Below, piece by piece: positions 30,900-41,866 of a stretch of DNA of 64,000 bases (position 1 is the first letter of the stretch; every line of letters begins with the position of its first letter). The translations under genes were made by a program, and so were the position numbers. The notes under the pieces are model-generated. The model made no database searches. It was given only the letters and a program-made list of their open reading frames with translations, and had not been told where the DNA came from. The DNA comes from an uncultured bacterium (GTDB taxonomy: Bacteria; Zixibacteria; MSB-5A5; CAIYYT01). The stretch is from positions 544,001 to 608,000 of the forward strand of contig CAVSCK010000003.1 in the NCBI GenBank assembly GCA_963726455.1, written 5' to 3'.

Positions 30900-33800
30900 T
30901 TATTTAGTGCAAGGAGCCGGACCGCCTGAGAAAATGTAAGCGATCAAGAAAACGGCATCCGAGATGTCAACAGCTGTGTCGCAGTTGGCATCACCCAGCT
31001 CAAGTGGATTCGGAGCCGCTCCGCCACTAAAGATGTAGCCGATGATAAATACGACGTCAGAGATATCGATCGAACCGCTGCCGTCAGCATCGCCCGACAT
31101 CACTTGAGTTCCACCGACATTCATCGTAACCGGTATGTTGTGAACCGGGTTTGTAGGTGCGTTCGAGCCGATTGTCAACGAACCCGTGTAGGTTGAGTCG
31201 ATACACTCGGCGGCGTTGAACCCGATGGTCAGGGTGTCGCTGCCGTGCGGATCGATGCTGCCACCACTCGGATCGGAAGAGAGCCACGTGTTAAGCGGGC
31301 TCTTGAAGAGAATTGCTAAGTTGCCGTGCAAGTAGGCGGCATTGAATACGATCTGTGAACCGTCCAGACCGGTGCGATTCTCAATACCAACGCTGCTGCC
31401 CAGAATATCGAATCCCGCGGCTATGGTCTGATATTGAATTCTGATCTTGCCATTGGGCGACAGGATAACTTCCGCCGTGATGACATCACCAGGATTGGTC
31501 GTGGCATCGTACTCCGGATAGTTCTTGTACTCGATCACCAGGTCACCATTGACCACTTGATAGAGCACCTTGCCTCCGGGGCTGTCCGGATCAAGGATAT
31601 TGAGGTCGTCCCAACACCAGGCAATCATATTGTTCGGAGTGCCGGATGTCGGAATAGCGACGTTGCCCAAAGAGCTGAGATCGGTAGTCGGGCCAAATCC
31701 GATCAGGCCGTTGGCGCCAATATAGAACTCGGTGTAAACCGAATCATAGTACTGGAAGCTGAATCCGATCGGGAACGGACCGATGAAGTTGTCATCGGCC
31801 AGACCAGCCGTAACGTTGGTGCCTGTGGCTTCAATGTCAACCCAAGCGAAGGTCGGTCCACCCGGTTCATCCGAATCTCTCCAGGTGTATCCAAAGGCAT
31901 CCGGACCGCCTGAACCCTTCGTCATCTCGGCGAAATACGGCTCGGTATAACCGGTCTTATCCGGATCGGCTACGCGGGTACCCAACGGCACCTGCGGAGT
32001 CGGTGGAACATACGCCGTCTTGTCAGTGTTGCTGGCTACCGTGTAGGACAGTCTTCCCGGACCAGGGTTCTGAATGATGACCGATTTGGTGATTGTGGCG
32101 CCGCTATCAAGCACGGCGGTTAATGAAGTCGTGTTGATGACCATCTGGGGGATGTGGACATAAACGTTGGCCGGAACGGTTCCGGTCGTATGGCCGGGGA
32201 CGTTGGATACAAAATTGAGCGCGCCAGTATTGGCTCCCGGCGTCAGGCCGGCACTCTTGATGGTGACTGGGATCGTCAAGAACTCACCCGGAACGATTAT
32301 GTTCTGGGCTGTCGGGCAAGAGAGCCAGGAATTTGCCGGGGTGAATCTGATGCGCAGGTTGGACAAACCGGTGTTGGTTACCACCAGGTCAACCACGGAA
32401 GTGTCACCACCGACCAAACTGTCCGCAACGGCATCGGGAGCGAACGAATACGCAGCAGCGCCGCTTCCCGATGTCACATAACCCTTGAGTTCGATATCGT
32501 CAATATTCCAGCCGCAGTAGACCTGCGAACCGTCCGTCGGGCCAAGGCCCCAACGAAGCTGGAACAGCGGATTTCCGTCGGCATACGTTGCGAGATCAAA
32601 GAAGCTCTCGGTCCAACCCGACTCGCTTAACGTGGCGGCGTTGGAATAGAGGTTGATCCAGTTCGTGCCATCAAATACTTCGAAGTATGCGTGGTCATAG
32701 CTTGAGCTTTCCACGCCGAGTTGATGCCAGTAAGTCATCTGAACACCGGTTGCATTGCTGCAGTCAATGATCGGTGACTCTGCCCAGTAGGTCTGGCTAA
32801 TGCTATTGGCGTATGAACCGGGGTTACCCAGGTTGTTGCCCAGGATCATATTGGACGGACCCACTGTATGGTCGTCCGAGGGATCGGGGCTGCCCGAAGA
32901 AGATGAGCCACCGATTGCGGGGCCGATCTGCCATTGCGCAGCAGTTCCGAGACCAACCCAGCCCTGTTCGACCGTGAAGTCTTCGACGAAGAATGCGACG
33001 CGGTCACCGATCGTCATATTGAAGTTCGACGAGGTGAGGTAGCCGCCGTCACCGGAAATCGTCAACTTGGCAAGAAACGCGTGACCCATCGGAGTGGTCG
33101 AATCCGCTTGAACGATGAAAGCGTCAGCTGCGTTGTTAGCTGTGCCTCCGCCACCGTTAATGTTGCCGAAGAAGCCGGTGCTCTTAATGATATTGACTTT
33201 TGGATCTATCGCGCTAAGCGTGCCATTGATATTGAACGCCTGGCCGGAACCGCTGTTCTGAACCGTAATGGTCACCGGAGCGGTTTCGCCCGGGTCAAGT
33301 ATGCCGTTGTTGTTGCCGGACACGTCATTCACAGTGACTGACAGGTAAGCAACCGTCGGGGCATGCGTGGTCACGGTGAAGAAGCTCGTCCAGGTGTCGG
33401 TACCGGTACCAACAACGCTGACGTCGAACTTGATGCTGTGTCCATCGGGAGTCGACGGATCAACGGTAAAGGCAAAAGCGTCGGCAATATTCTTGGTGGT
33501 CATGCCGCCCGCCATGGTGCCGTAGTTTTCAGTGGCATCCGAGATTGTGACATAGCTGTCGGTCGTCGAAATCGTAGCTACGACGTCATTGGCAGCGTCA
33601 GGACCCACGTTGATGAGTTCCATGCCGAGCAGGATGTTTTCGCCGAAATCGATTTGGCCGTTGTTATTGCCGGCGGCATCGTTGATGGCATGGGCGTTGT
33701 GAACGATATATGGTCCATTCGGAGCGATAACCTGAATGGTCGTTACGTAAGGAATCAGGTTCTGGCCGGTAACGACGAGGTCAGCGGCACATGGCGCCCC

Positions 33801-35783
33801 GAACGGTGTCAGCGTCATATCGACGGTGCCGCCTGAGCCAACCAGCGCCGCGCCATGAAGCACGCCGCCAGACGACAAAGCGACATAAGAACCGGGGGCC
33901 GCCTGCACGGAAAATGTCGTGGACGTCATCAACATCGACGGCAGGTGCATGACGGGGTTCGTGGACGGAACCATCATGTAGGTGGAGAGTGACGGATCAC
34001 CCATCAGACTGTAGATTTCCCAGTAGTACTGTTTCTTGCTACTGGTCGACTGCTCAACGGCAAGAACGCCGCAATAGTTCATGGCGCCGTTGGTGATGTA
34101 ATGCTTGTTGGCCGGCTCGCCATGCTCGTGGAAAGTGCCGTCGTAGGCGCCAATTTTGGTGGCATCATACGGCGGACCGGCGGCGACGATGGCCTTGCCA
34201 CCACCAACGCCCCACCAGTAATCCTCATCCCAATAGGTGCTGTTGGTGCCACCGATATAACCGATGGAACCACCGTTGGCTTTCTGCAGAATCGCTTCAC
34301 CAAAACACGGAGTGCTTTCGGTAAACGTATTTGTCAGGCAGCAGTTGCCGACGGCGGTGAAGTACTTGTGATTGTTGGTAAGGGCATTGACATCGCTCAC
34401 GCCGAACGAAGGATCGGCCCAGCCATCGTGGCTGCCATGAGCGGTATAGTTGACAAAACCAACGCCCGAATTGTAGGTCGCGATAATGGCGGACTCAACC
34501 GAACCACCCGAGGCCGGATAGAGCCAAACGTTGGAGTTGATGTCGTGCGCAACGTTGAAATACAGATTCGTGCCGTAGTTGATCTGTCCATTGCCATAGG
34601 TAGCCGCGTAGCTGGCGTCGGCACCGGCAATAAGCGTGCAGTTGGCCAGGTATGACGGATCGGGCATAGTGTACTGCTCGTACTCGAGAGTCTTATCAAT
34701 TTGCGGCTGCAATTGTCCGGTTGTTTGCGCGGAGAAGCGGCCGATATAGACTTCCGGAATATTGTCACCGGTGTATTCGACAAACCGCATGTCAGTTACG
34801 TGCGAACCGGCGCCGCCTGCGAACGGCGGAATCTGCGGCGAGTCACCTACCAAAAGAACAAACGACGGCTTCGGATTCTCAGAGTTGTACAGTCCCTGAA
34901 GGTAAGTCTTAATGGCCGTGTTCGTAGTGCCGACGACATCGGTATAGCCCACGATAACTTTGAAACCCTTCTTGACCTTCCAGGCGATAAAGGGCTGCAA
35001 TTGGGCTTCGAACATTCTCGCCGACACGATGACCATCGTCATCGGATAGCGGGTGAGGTCGTCACGAAGTCCGAATGTGGATGCATCCGAATTCATCAGC
35101 ATCTGATAAAGCGGCTCGAATGCCGGAGAGTAGGTCGAGGTGTAGAGCTCGTTGGTAGCCGACCAGTCGGGATGCTCGAAACTCACCCGAACCGTCATCT
35201 CTTTGCATACTCTGATCTTATTCTGCGCGGCGTCATATTCAACCGGCGCCACTGATACTCTGCCAACTCGAAGGCCGCGCATAATACCCGCGACTTCGGC
35301 GGACGCCTTTGAAATCTGATAGTAGCCAGTGCGATTATACACGTCCTGATTGTACTCAAACGGAACATCGTCCGGATTTTGAGACTTGCTCAAAGACGGT
35401 TGAACCGGCATGATCCGGTTATAAACACCGTAATCTGCCAGAGAGATTTCCTGAATGTCGCTGGATAGAACCTCTGCTGTAAGGTCGCAGCCGAGTGGGA
35501 TAGCCATGAGCTGGTCGACGATAGGAACGCTCGGTTCGCCGACTCTGCCCGAACGGTCTATTCCCTGGGCGGTAAGCATCGTAAAGGCGCCAGCCTTGGT
35601 GTTGACCGGCGAAACCTCAAGCGAACCAACGGAAACTTTCAGAGTAAGGCCATTCTGGTCTCGCTCCATCAGTTGAATTCCATTGGTCGCATCACTCAGC
35701 TTGATCAGTTGTCCGGCAATGACAGAATTGCCGGCACCAATCACGAATAGCAACGTGAGGGCGACAATGACAAGCTTTCTCAA
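30900..35783 (-). CDS. Gingipain-like peptidase C25 with propeptide, Ig-like/adhesin domains and a C-terminal dockerin
   Basis: TTG start after GGAGG; signal peptide; VLLVGD, IGRFSA, YTAHGS (His), GNCCLT (Cys), LMGDPSL; duplicated dockerin motif at the C-terminus. Confidence 0.9.
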   Translation of the reverse strand: MRKLVIVALTLLFVIGAGNSVIAGQLIKLSDATNGIQLMERDQNGLTLKVSVGSLEVSPVNTKAGAFTMLTAQGIDRSGRVGEPSVPIVDQLMAIPLGCDLTAEVLSSDIQEISLADYGVYNRIMPVQPSLSKSQNPDDVPFEYNQDVYNRTGYYQISKASAEVAGIMRGLRVGRVSVAPVEYDAAQNKIRVCKEMTVRVSFEHPDWSATNELYTSTYSPAFEPLYQMLMNSDASTFGLRDDLTRYPMTMVIVSARMFEAQLQPFIAWKVKKGFKVIVGYTDVVGTTNTAIKTYLQGLYNSENPKPSFVLLVGDSPQIPPFAGGAGSHVTDMRFVEYTGDNIPEVYIGRFSAQTTGQLQPQIDKTLEYEQYTMPDPSYLANCTLIAGADASYAATYGNGQINYGTNLYFNVAHDINSNVWLYPASGGSVESAIIATYNSGVGFVNYTAHGSHDGWADPSFGVSDVNALTNNHKYFTAVGNCCLTNTFTESTPCFGEAILQKANGGSIGYIGGTNSTYWDEDYWWGVGGGKAIVAAGPPYDATKIGAYDGTFHEHGEPANKHYITNGAMNYCGVLAVEQSTSSKKQYYWEIYSLMGDPSLSTYMMVPSTNPVMHLPSMLMTSTTFSVQAAPGSYVALSSGGVLHGAALVGSGGTVDMTLTPFGAPCAADLVVTGQNLIPYVTTIQVIAPNGPYIVHNAHAINDAAGNNNGQIDFGENILLGMELINVGPDAANDVVATISTTDSYVTISDATENYGTMAGGMTTKNIADAFAFTVDPSTPDGHSIKFDVSVVGTGTDTWTSFFTVTTHAPTVAYLSVTVNDVSGNNNGILDPGETAPVTITVQNSGSGQAFNINGTLSAIDPKVNIIKSTGFFGNINGGGGTANNAADAFIVQADSTTPMGHAFLAKLTISGDGGYLTSSNFNMTIGDRVAFFVEDFTVEQGWVGLGTAAQWQIGPAIGGSSSSGSPDPSDDHTVGPSNMILGNNLGNPGSYANSISQTYWAESPIIDCSNATGVQMTYWHQLGVESSSYDHAYFEVFDGTNWINLYSNAATLSESGWTESFFDLATYADGNPLFQLRWGLGPTDGSQVYCGWNIDDIELKGYVTSGSGAAAYSFAPDAVADSLVGGDTSVVDLVVTNTGLSNLRIRFTPANSWLSCPTAQNIIVPGEFLTIPVTIKSAGLTPGANTGALNFVSNVPGHTTGTVPANVYVHIPQMVINTTSLTAVLDSGATITKSVIIQNPGPGRLSYTVASNTDKTAYVPPTPQVPLGTRVADPDKTGYTEPYFAEMTKGSGGPDAFGYTWRDSDEPGGPTFAWVDIEATGTNVTAGLADDNFIGPFPIGFSFQYYDSVYTEFYIGANGLIGFGPTTDLSSLGNVAIPTSGTPNNMIAWCWDDLNILDPDSPGGKVLYQVVNGDLVIEYKNYPEYDATTNPGDVITAEVILSPNGKIRIQYQTIAAGFDILGSSVGIENRTGLDGSQIVFNAAYLHGNLAILFKSPLNTWLSSDPSGGSIDPHGSDTLTIGFNAAECIDSTYTGSLTIGSNAPTNPVHNIPVTMNVGGTQVMSGDADGSGSIDISDVVFIIGYIFSGGAAPNPLELGDANCDTAVDISDAVFLIAYIFSGGPAPCTK

Positions 35784-36062
35784 AGGTACCTCCAATGTGT
35801 TTGGGTGGTGAAGGAACTTGTGGCAGTTCCACGCGGGGATGGGTTATACACAATTTTCATTCTACTCGATGGCACAGTTGCAAGTATATCAATGACTAAT
35901 ATATGAAAACAGGTCTGAAATCCAACAAAAAAACGCTTCGGACCCCGAAAAAGTGCGGCCTATATCAATACTAGGATACGATTTATCCTGTTTAGAGCCA
36001 AGAGGCTCTCAAAGACGAAGTATTGTCGAAACGGGATGCTGAGAAACCCCCGTGGTCGAAGA

Positions 36063-36575
36063 CTATTGCTTAGCCAAACAGCGCACAATCTCGCCGATGA
36101 ACATTCGGTGATAGTCTTTTTTGGGATACGCTTTGTGTATCACCGGATCGAGAAAGAGATGGGGGTCGATGTCCTGCGAGTAGACCTTCCGGCAAACGAG
36201 AACCAAACGCGCTTGTTCGAAATACACGGCCTTACCTTCCCAGTCGATCGGCTTGAGACCTGTCTTTTCGACCTTGTTAACGTCGCGGCCTGATTTGTTG
36301 CCGCAGTAATCGAGTATATTACGGTCACGCTCCTCAAAAAACGTGAGCGTGAACAGTTCGGCCCTGTCGATGAATTGGTATGTGTGTCGCGTCGGGCGAA
36401 CAAAGCAGAAGGCCACTTTCTTGTTCCAGAGTTCGCCGAGCGCCCCCCAGGACGCAGTCATAGTGTTGAAATCGTTGAGATTACCGGCGGTGACCAGCAT
36501 CCAGTCATCCGCGATCAGTTTGAATGGGTTATCGGTGATGTCACAAACGGGCAATTCTTTGAAATCGGCGGGCAT
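36063..36575 (-). CDS. Flavin reductase-like protein
   Basis: WMLVTAG, NTMTASWG, VRPTRHT, CG.KSGRD, YHRMFIGEI. Confidence 0.88.
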   Translation of the reverse strand: MPADFKELPVCDITDNPFKLIADDWMLVTAGNLNDFNTMTASWGALGELWNKKVAFCFVRPTRHTYQFIDRAELFTLTFFEERDRNILDYCGNKSGRDVNKVEKTGLKPIDWEGKAVYFEQARLVLVCRKVYSQDIDPHLFLDPVIHKAYPKKDYHRMFIGEIVRCLAKQ

Positions 36576-36788
36576 GCAAACTCCTTGGGTAAGTTCTACA
36601 GCCATCATAAGCGACGGCCAACTACTGCACAACCAAAAATAGCTGGGTTAGTGAGTGCCCGGGGATACTCCTCTGCCCGATCTCGGCCGGTCGGCATTGA
36701 GCCGGAACATAGAGCATTTCAGGTTGCTTTTTCACCGAAATGGATTATATTTGGATGTCTACCAAGGAACCTCTCTGGGGCTGACGAT

Positions 36789-38858
36789 ATGAGAATTCAG
36801 ATGAGAAAACGGCTATTACTGTATCCGATCATTGGCCTGTTGATCTCGTTGCCGTCCGCGGCAACCGGGGTCTCCAAAAATGCACTTTTGCTCACCGGAA
36901 ACAACTCATCGGGCCTGGGGGCAACGACGCTGGGCGAATTGCTGGCGACGCTGAATCTCTCGATCAGTCTTAATCCGGGATATCCAACGCTGACTGACTA
37001 TGATCTGGTCGTTCTGGACGGAGATATCTGGGACAGCAGCCACGTAGGCGAGTTACGCAGCTACCTGCAGTTTGGAGGAAAGGTAGCGATGACCGGGGAT
37101 GCGCCTCGGTCGTTGGCACGATCGGATGATTTGACGGCAATCGCCGATGTCGTGGGCTTCAACACCTTCGGCGAAGCACTGAATGGACGTGCTATTGTCG
37201 GGACAGACAACCCCTATTGTCTGCCGTATTGGGGCGGCGATCCTCTGGGGAGCGTACCGGTCGGACTGCGCCCGTACCTGGCGAATCCGGCAAAAAGGAT
37301 TTGCGACATCATCCGTTGGGAAGACAGCAGTATCTGCAGCTATACTTTCCGGTCGTACGGGGGTAAGGTTTTCTATCTTGCGGACATTGTCGGAGACTCG
37401 ACAAAAGAATTGTTTCGGGCAGCCATATCGTCGATGCTCAAGTTGAGTCAGCACGGCGACGCTGACGGTTCGGGCGACATCAATATTTCGGATGCCGTCT
37501 ACCTGATCAGTTATATTTTTTCCGGCGGCGCGGCGCCTCGGCCCTTTGTCTCCAATGGCGATGTCAATTGCGACGGAGCCCCGGATATCAGTGATGTCGT
37601 CTACCTCATCAATTACATTTTCGTAAACGGCCCGCCGCCCTGCGCTCGATGTTACCGGGGAGCTGTCTATGTGGTCACCGCTATGGACACGGAACCAATT
37701 CTAACGACCGGGCCGACCGAGCATCTGCTGGGAGTCTACCTCAGCAATTTCGACAGCACCGGAGCTTCTGCCTACGTGAGCCAGGTCATGGATCCGGCAT
37801 ACAGGAATAGTCTCACGGATTCGTATGGTGGACACATCAAGTTCTCGTTCTTTCTGGAAACGGGCGAGTATTTCTGTCACAGCGACAAACTCGACTGCAA
37901 CGGTATTTACACGCCGATGGAGAAATTCCATCCGGCCATTGCGACATTTGGGGATGAATTGGGCTGGCACTTTCACAATTCGGCCTGGGTGCAAGCCAGT
38001 TGGGACACATTGCATTATTACTGGAGCCAGATCATCACGTTCAACGGCACAATGTACTGGGACGGCCCGGATATCGGCGCCGCCGAAAAGGCGCTGGATC
38101 ATTGGCTGATTGACAAAAATTTTTTCCCGTCGACGTTTCGTTCGGGATGGGTGTGGGAAAACAATGATTTTTCTAACTGGCTGGATGAAGTGGTTCCGTT
38201 TGATTTCAGCAACCTGTCGCCGCACGGCTGGGATCAACCCTCGTACAACATTTTTTGGGACTATTATGATTGGCGGCGCGCGCCTCAAGGATGGGTCTCC
38301 TATCATCCAAACCGGTTTGACTATCAGTCGTCGGGTAATCTGAGACGGACGATTCTTCACAGCAACTACACTGACCCCAACGATCCCGAATCAGGACTGC
38401 CGACTCATCAACTGCAAGAGGTGTTCGCTCGGGCGGCGCGTGGTGAGAATGTTTATGTGTCGGTGTACGGCCACACCTCAAATCCGTTGACGACATTTTT
38501 CCAACAGGGATGGTACAACGACCTCGTGAGTTTGTCCGCGCAGTATCAGGTACCTTTCAAGTTTGCCACATCGCTGGAAGCGGCGCGGGCCGTGACAGGA
38601 TATGACGCCGACTCGACCGCGCCGATTGTCACGATTACGCGCGAAGGCGACTCATTGGCGATCGTGACCAGCGAAACGATCTTTCAACGAAACCCTTACT
38701 GCGCTCTCAAACGGGGGGACATTTACTCGCGCGTGATACCGACGCCATCGGGCGACCGGAGATGGACGGTAGACGTGACAGGGTTTACCAGATTCACCGT
38801 CGCGATAGGTGTGTGCGACTTTGCCGGGAATGTGACGGTGGCGAGGTGGGAGGAATAG
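36789..38858 (+). CDS. Secreted protein with an internal dockerin and a C-terminal polysaccharide-deacetylase-like barrel
   Basis: Signal peptide; GDADGSGDINISDAVYLISYIF dockerin pair; VVTAMDTE, ELGWHFH and FRSGW motifs. Confidence 0.65.
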   Translation: MRIQMRKRLLLYPIIGLLISLPSAATGVSKNALLLTGNNSSGLGATTLGELLATLNLSISLNPGYPTLTDYDLVVLDGDIWDSSHVGELRSYLQFGGKVAMTGDAPRSLARSDDLTAIADVVGFNTFGEALNGRAIVGTDNPYCLPYWGGDPLGSVPVGLRPYLANPAKRICDIIRWEDSSICSYTFRSYGGKVFYLADIVGDSTKELFRAAISSMLKLSQHGDADGSGDINISDAVYLISYIFSGGAAPRPFVSNGDVNCDGAPDISDVVYLINYIFVNGPPPCARCYRGAVYVVTAMDTEPILTTGPTEHLLGVYLSNFDSTGASAYVSQVMDPAYRNSLTDSYGGHIKFSFFLETGEYFCHSDKLDCNGIYTPMEKFHPAIATFGDELGWHFHNSAWVQASWDTLHYYWSQIITFNGTMYWDGPDIGAAEKALDHWLIDKNFFPSTFRSGWVWENNDFSNWLDEVVPFDFSNLSPHGWDQPSYNIFWDYYDWRRAPQGWVSYHPNRFDYQSSGNLRRTILHSNYTDPNDPESGLPTHQLQEVFARAARGENVYVSVYGHTSNPLTTFFQQGWYNDLVSLSAQYQVPFKFATSLEAARAVTGYDADSTAPIVTITREGDSLAIVTSETIFQRNPYCALKRGDIYSRVIPTPSGDRRWTVDVTGFTRFTVAIGVCDFAGNVTVARWEE

Positions 38859-38922
38859 CTTCTATCCTTCTTCGGATTTCCGTCTCACCCAATGCTGTCT
38901 AGAATCAATGTGCTGACTAAAT

Positions 38923-40695
38923 TTACTGATGAAAATGCTGCCGAAAGCTCTTTGTTCGCTCATACGGCGTAATGTCAACGATTTCGCCCTCTTCGACACA
39001 GCGCTGCATGTCTCGCCAGAATTCAAGCGTGTAGAGATCGCCGTGGACTGATTTGAAGGCGGCGCGCAATGCCGGCGGCAGGCCGGAGTAGCGCTCCATT
39101 TCATCGAGGAAGTAGTCATCCGGCATCGCGACGATCCAGTCGGACTCGGGCTCCATTTCCTCGAATTCGTCCTGCGGCAGCGGCTTGATACGGAAATTGA
39201 TCCGCTCCAATGGCAGGACGTCGTCGTAGTCGTACAGCACGACGCGTCCGCGACGAGTCACGCCGTAATTCCAAATATTGAACAAGTCGCTGGGGAAGAT
39301 TCCTGCCGCGGCCAGATCCTTGAGGAAGTAGCCGAAATCGATCAGCACGCGCCGGACTTTTTCGGGCTCCCGCTCCTGCTGCAGGTACATCAACAGCGGC
39401 GTGACCCGGCGCTGGACATAGAGGTGGCGAATGACAATGTATTCGCCGACTTCATCGATCGTGTCCCTGGCAGCCGCTGTGAATTCCTCCATGAGCTGGT
39501 CGGAAAAGCGAAAGCGTTTGAAGCGCAAGTTTTCGAATTCCTGTGTATCTACCATGCGGCCGACGCGGTCACGGTGGGCGACAAACTCGTAGCGATACTT
39601 GACCTCGGCGTGGCTGATGGTCTTGGGCGTTTCGTCGGGCGTGCGCAAGAAACAGGGCATGTCCTTGATGATCTTGAGGACGTAGTCGTAATGCTGCATG
39701 GTGAAAGCGATCATGACCGCGCCTTCCCGCCCGGGAGCGATGATGAACTGCTCCTTGGAAATATGAACGTGCCGATGCAGGTCGCGATAGAACTCGGTCT
39801 TGCCGTGCTTGGCGTATCCGATTGAGATGTACAACTCGGCAATGTGCTTTTCGGGCAGGATCGATTTCAGGAAATCGATCAATTCATCGTGTCGATCGAC
39901 GTCGACTTGAAAGTATGAGTGCGCGAAGCTGAAGACGATGCTGGCTTCCGATTCACGCAGCAGCACCGTATCGACATAGATGCCCCGCTCGCCGTTGTAA
40001 AGAGGCATGATCAGCGGCACCGTATGCCATCCGGCAACGATACGTCCCACGATGTAAGCGACCTTGTTGCGGTAGAACAGCGAGTTGACGATATCGATCG
40101 CATCGTAATCCTGATAGCCGACCAACGGCCAAAGATAGAGATCGATTTCCTTGGCCACGAGCGCGGCGTCGCGATCGGCATCTTCGTAGTTGCAGGTAAA
40201 AAGATGATCGTCCAGAATTTTGCGAATCAGATGTTCCGTCTCATTCGTCTTGGCGTAGCGCTTTAGAATCGGAGATTCCTCAATCGGTTGCGGATGGCGC
40301 CCCTCGACGCGAAAGAACTCGATCTCGCGATCGAGGCCGACGGTGAAAAAGACTTTGCGCGTTACGGAATTGAAAAATGTCTCCGCAAGATCAAGGTCGT
40401 GTCGATCCGCAAACAGCGCCGGAAACTGCTCTTTCATCATCACCCAAACCCGGCGGTCAAGCAGGTGGTCGTTCAGAAGCGGTCTAAGTTTGGCGGCGAC
40501 TTCGGACAACTTCCGTTCATACAGGCCGAGTCGCGCGCGGACATCCGTCTGAAGAGCATTCCAGTCTCTTTGTTCAAAACGGGTGCGGGCGCGGCGGGTA
40601 ATTTCGCGAAATTGGGCGGTGTAGGAATTAAACTCGTCGCGGATGCAAGCTGTGGCCAGAGCGGCGAGATTGTCGGGAACAACTGTCTGAGTCAT
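38923..40695 (-). CDS. aceK: Isocitrate dehydrogenase kinase/phosphatase
   Basis: LAETFFNSVTR, FYRNK.AY.VGR, KHGKTEFYR, APG..G.VM..FT, HRDRVGRMVDTQEF, RVVLYDYD. Confidence 0.92.
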   Translation of the reverse strand: MTQTVVPDNLAALATACIRDEFNSYTAQFREITRRARTRFEQRDWNALQTDVRARLGLYERKLSEVAAKLRPLLNDHLLDRRVWVMMKEQFPALFADRHDLDLAETFFNSVTRKVFFTVGLDREIEFFRVEGRHPQPIEESPILKRYAKTNETEHLIRKILDDHLFTCNYEDADRDAALVAKEIDLYLWPLVGYQDYDAIDIVNSLFYRNKVAYIVGRIVAGWHTVPLIMPLYNGERGIYVDTVLLRESEASIVFSFAHSYFQVDVDRHDELIDFLKSILPEKHIAELYISIGYAKHGKTEFYRDLHRHVHISKEQFIIAPGREGAVMIAFTMQHYDYVLKIIKDMPCFLRTPDETPKTISHAEVKYRYEFVAHRDRVGRMVDTQEFENLRFKRFRFSDQLMEEFTAAARDTIDEVGEYIVIRHLYVQRRVTPLLMYLQQEREPEKVRRVLIDFGYFLKDLAAAGIFPSDLFNIWNYGVTRRGRVVLYDYDDVLPLERINFRIKPLPQDEFEEMEPESDWIVAMPDDYFLDEMERYSGLPPALRAAFKSVHGDLYTLEFWRDMQRCVEEGEIVDITPYERTKSFRQHFHQ

Positions 40696-40874
40696 ACTTT
40701 GAGCACGAAATCAAGTTCTCCCTTATGACGAATATCAGAAATAATTGCCTGGCGTGTCAAGGATATAGTGGCGATCTTTGGCGAAAGACACAGGTTGTTC
40801 AAACAGTCGCGCAGCACATCGCGTCAACCAAGTATTGAGCAGCGCTCGCGGATCACCTGAGAACGGGAGAACTG

Positions 40875-41843
40875 ATGGCAATAATCTATCGCAGACTTGG
40901 CAGATCGGGTCCGGAGGTGGCGCCACTGGCGTTGGGAGGCAACGTATTCGGCTGGACTGCCGACGAGTCCACCTCGTTCAAGCTGTTGAGCAAATTCGTT
41001 TCCTCCGGTTTCAATCTGATCGATACCGCGGATGTTTATTCGCGATGGAAACAAGGCAACAGTGGTGGCGAATCCGAACTGGTTATCGGCAAGTGGCAGA
41101 AGCAGACAGGCAATCGGGAGAAAGTCGTTATTGCCACCAAGGTGGGTATGGAAATGGGACCGGGGAAGAAAGGTCTGACGCGGTCATACATAATGCAGGC
41201 GGTCGAGGATTCACTGCGCCGTTTGCAGACGGATTACATTGACCTGTATCAGGCACACCGTGACGATCACGATACGCCGCTTGAGGAGACTCTTCAAGCA
41301 TTTACTCGACTGATTGAACAGGGGAAAGTCAGGGCAGTTGGCGCATCGAATTATGCGGCTGATCGTTTGCATACGGCACTGCAAATCAGCCAGCAGTCGG
41401 GGCACGCATCATTCGTAAGTTTGCAGCCGATGTACAATCTGTACGACCGGGAGGAATTTGAGTCCAAGTTGGAGGCGGAATGCACCGAAAACGCGTTGGG
41501 CGTGATTTCCTATTTCTCGTTGGCGAGTGGATTTCTGACGGGCAAGTATCGCTCTGAGGGGGATTTGTCGAAGAGCGCACGTGGTAACCGTGTCTCAAAA
41601 TATCTCAACGACAGAGGTTACCGAATCTTGCAGGCGCTTGACGCGGTCGCAAAGGAACAGGAATCAACTTCAGCAAGTGTGGCGTTGGCTTGGCTGATGG
41701 CGCGGCCGAGCATCACGGCGCCGATTGCGAGCGCCACAAGTCTCGAACAATTGGACGCACTCATCGCGGCAGCCGACCTGAAATTGAGCCGGCCGCAAAT
41801 AGAGTTATTGAATCAAGCGAGTGATTGGGATATAAAGAAGTAA
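40875..41843 (+). CDS. Aldo/keto reductase
   Basis: LGGNVFG, DTADVY, IATKVG, SLRRLQTDYIDLYQAH, GKVRAVGASN. Confidence 0.93.
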   Translation: MAIIYRRLGRSGPEVAPLALGGNVFGWTADESTSFKLLSKFVSSGFNLIDTADVYSRWKQGNSGGESELVIGKWQKQTGNREKVVIATKVGMEMGPGKKGLTRSYIMQAVEDSLRRLQTDYIDLYQAHRDDHDTPLEETLQAFTRLIEQGKVRAVGASNYAADRLHTALQISQQSGHASFVSLQPMYNLYDREEFESKLEAECTENALGVISYFSLASGFLTGKYRSEGDLSKSARGNRVSKYLNDRGYRILQALDAVAKEQESTSASVALAWLMARPSITAPIASATSLEQLDALIAAADLKLSRPQIELLNQASDWDIKK

Positions 41844-41866
41844 TTCTCAAAGAAAGGGTGGTGACA

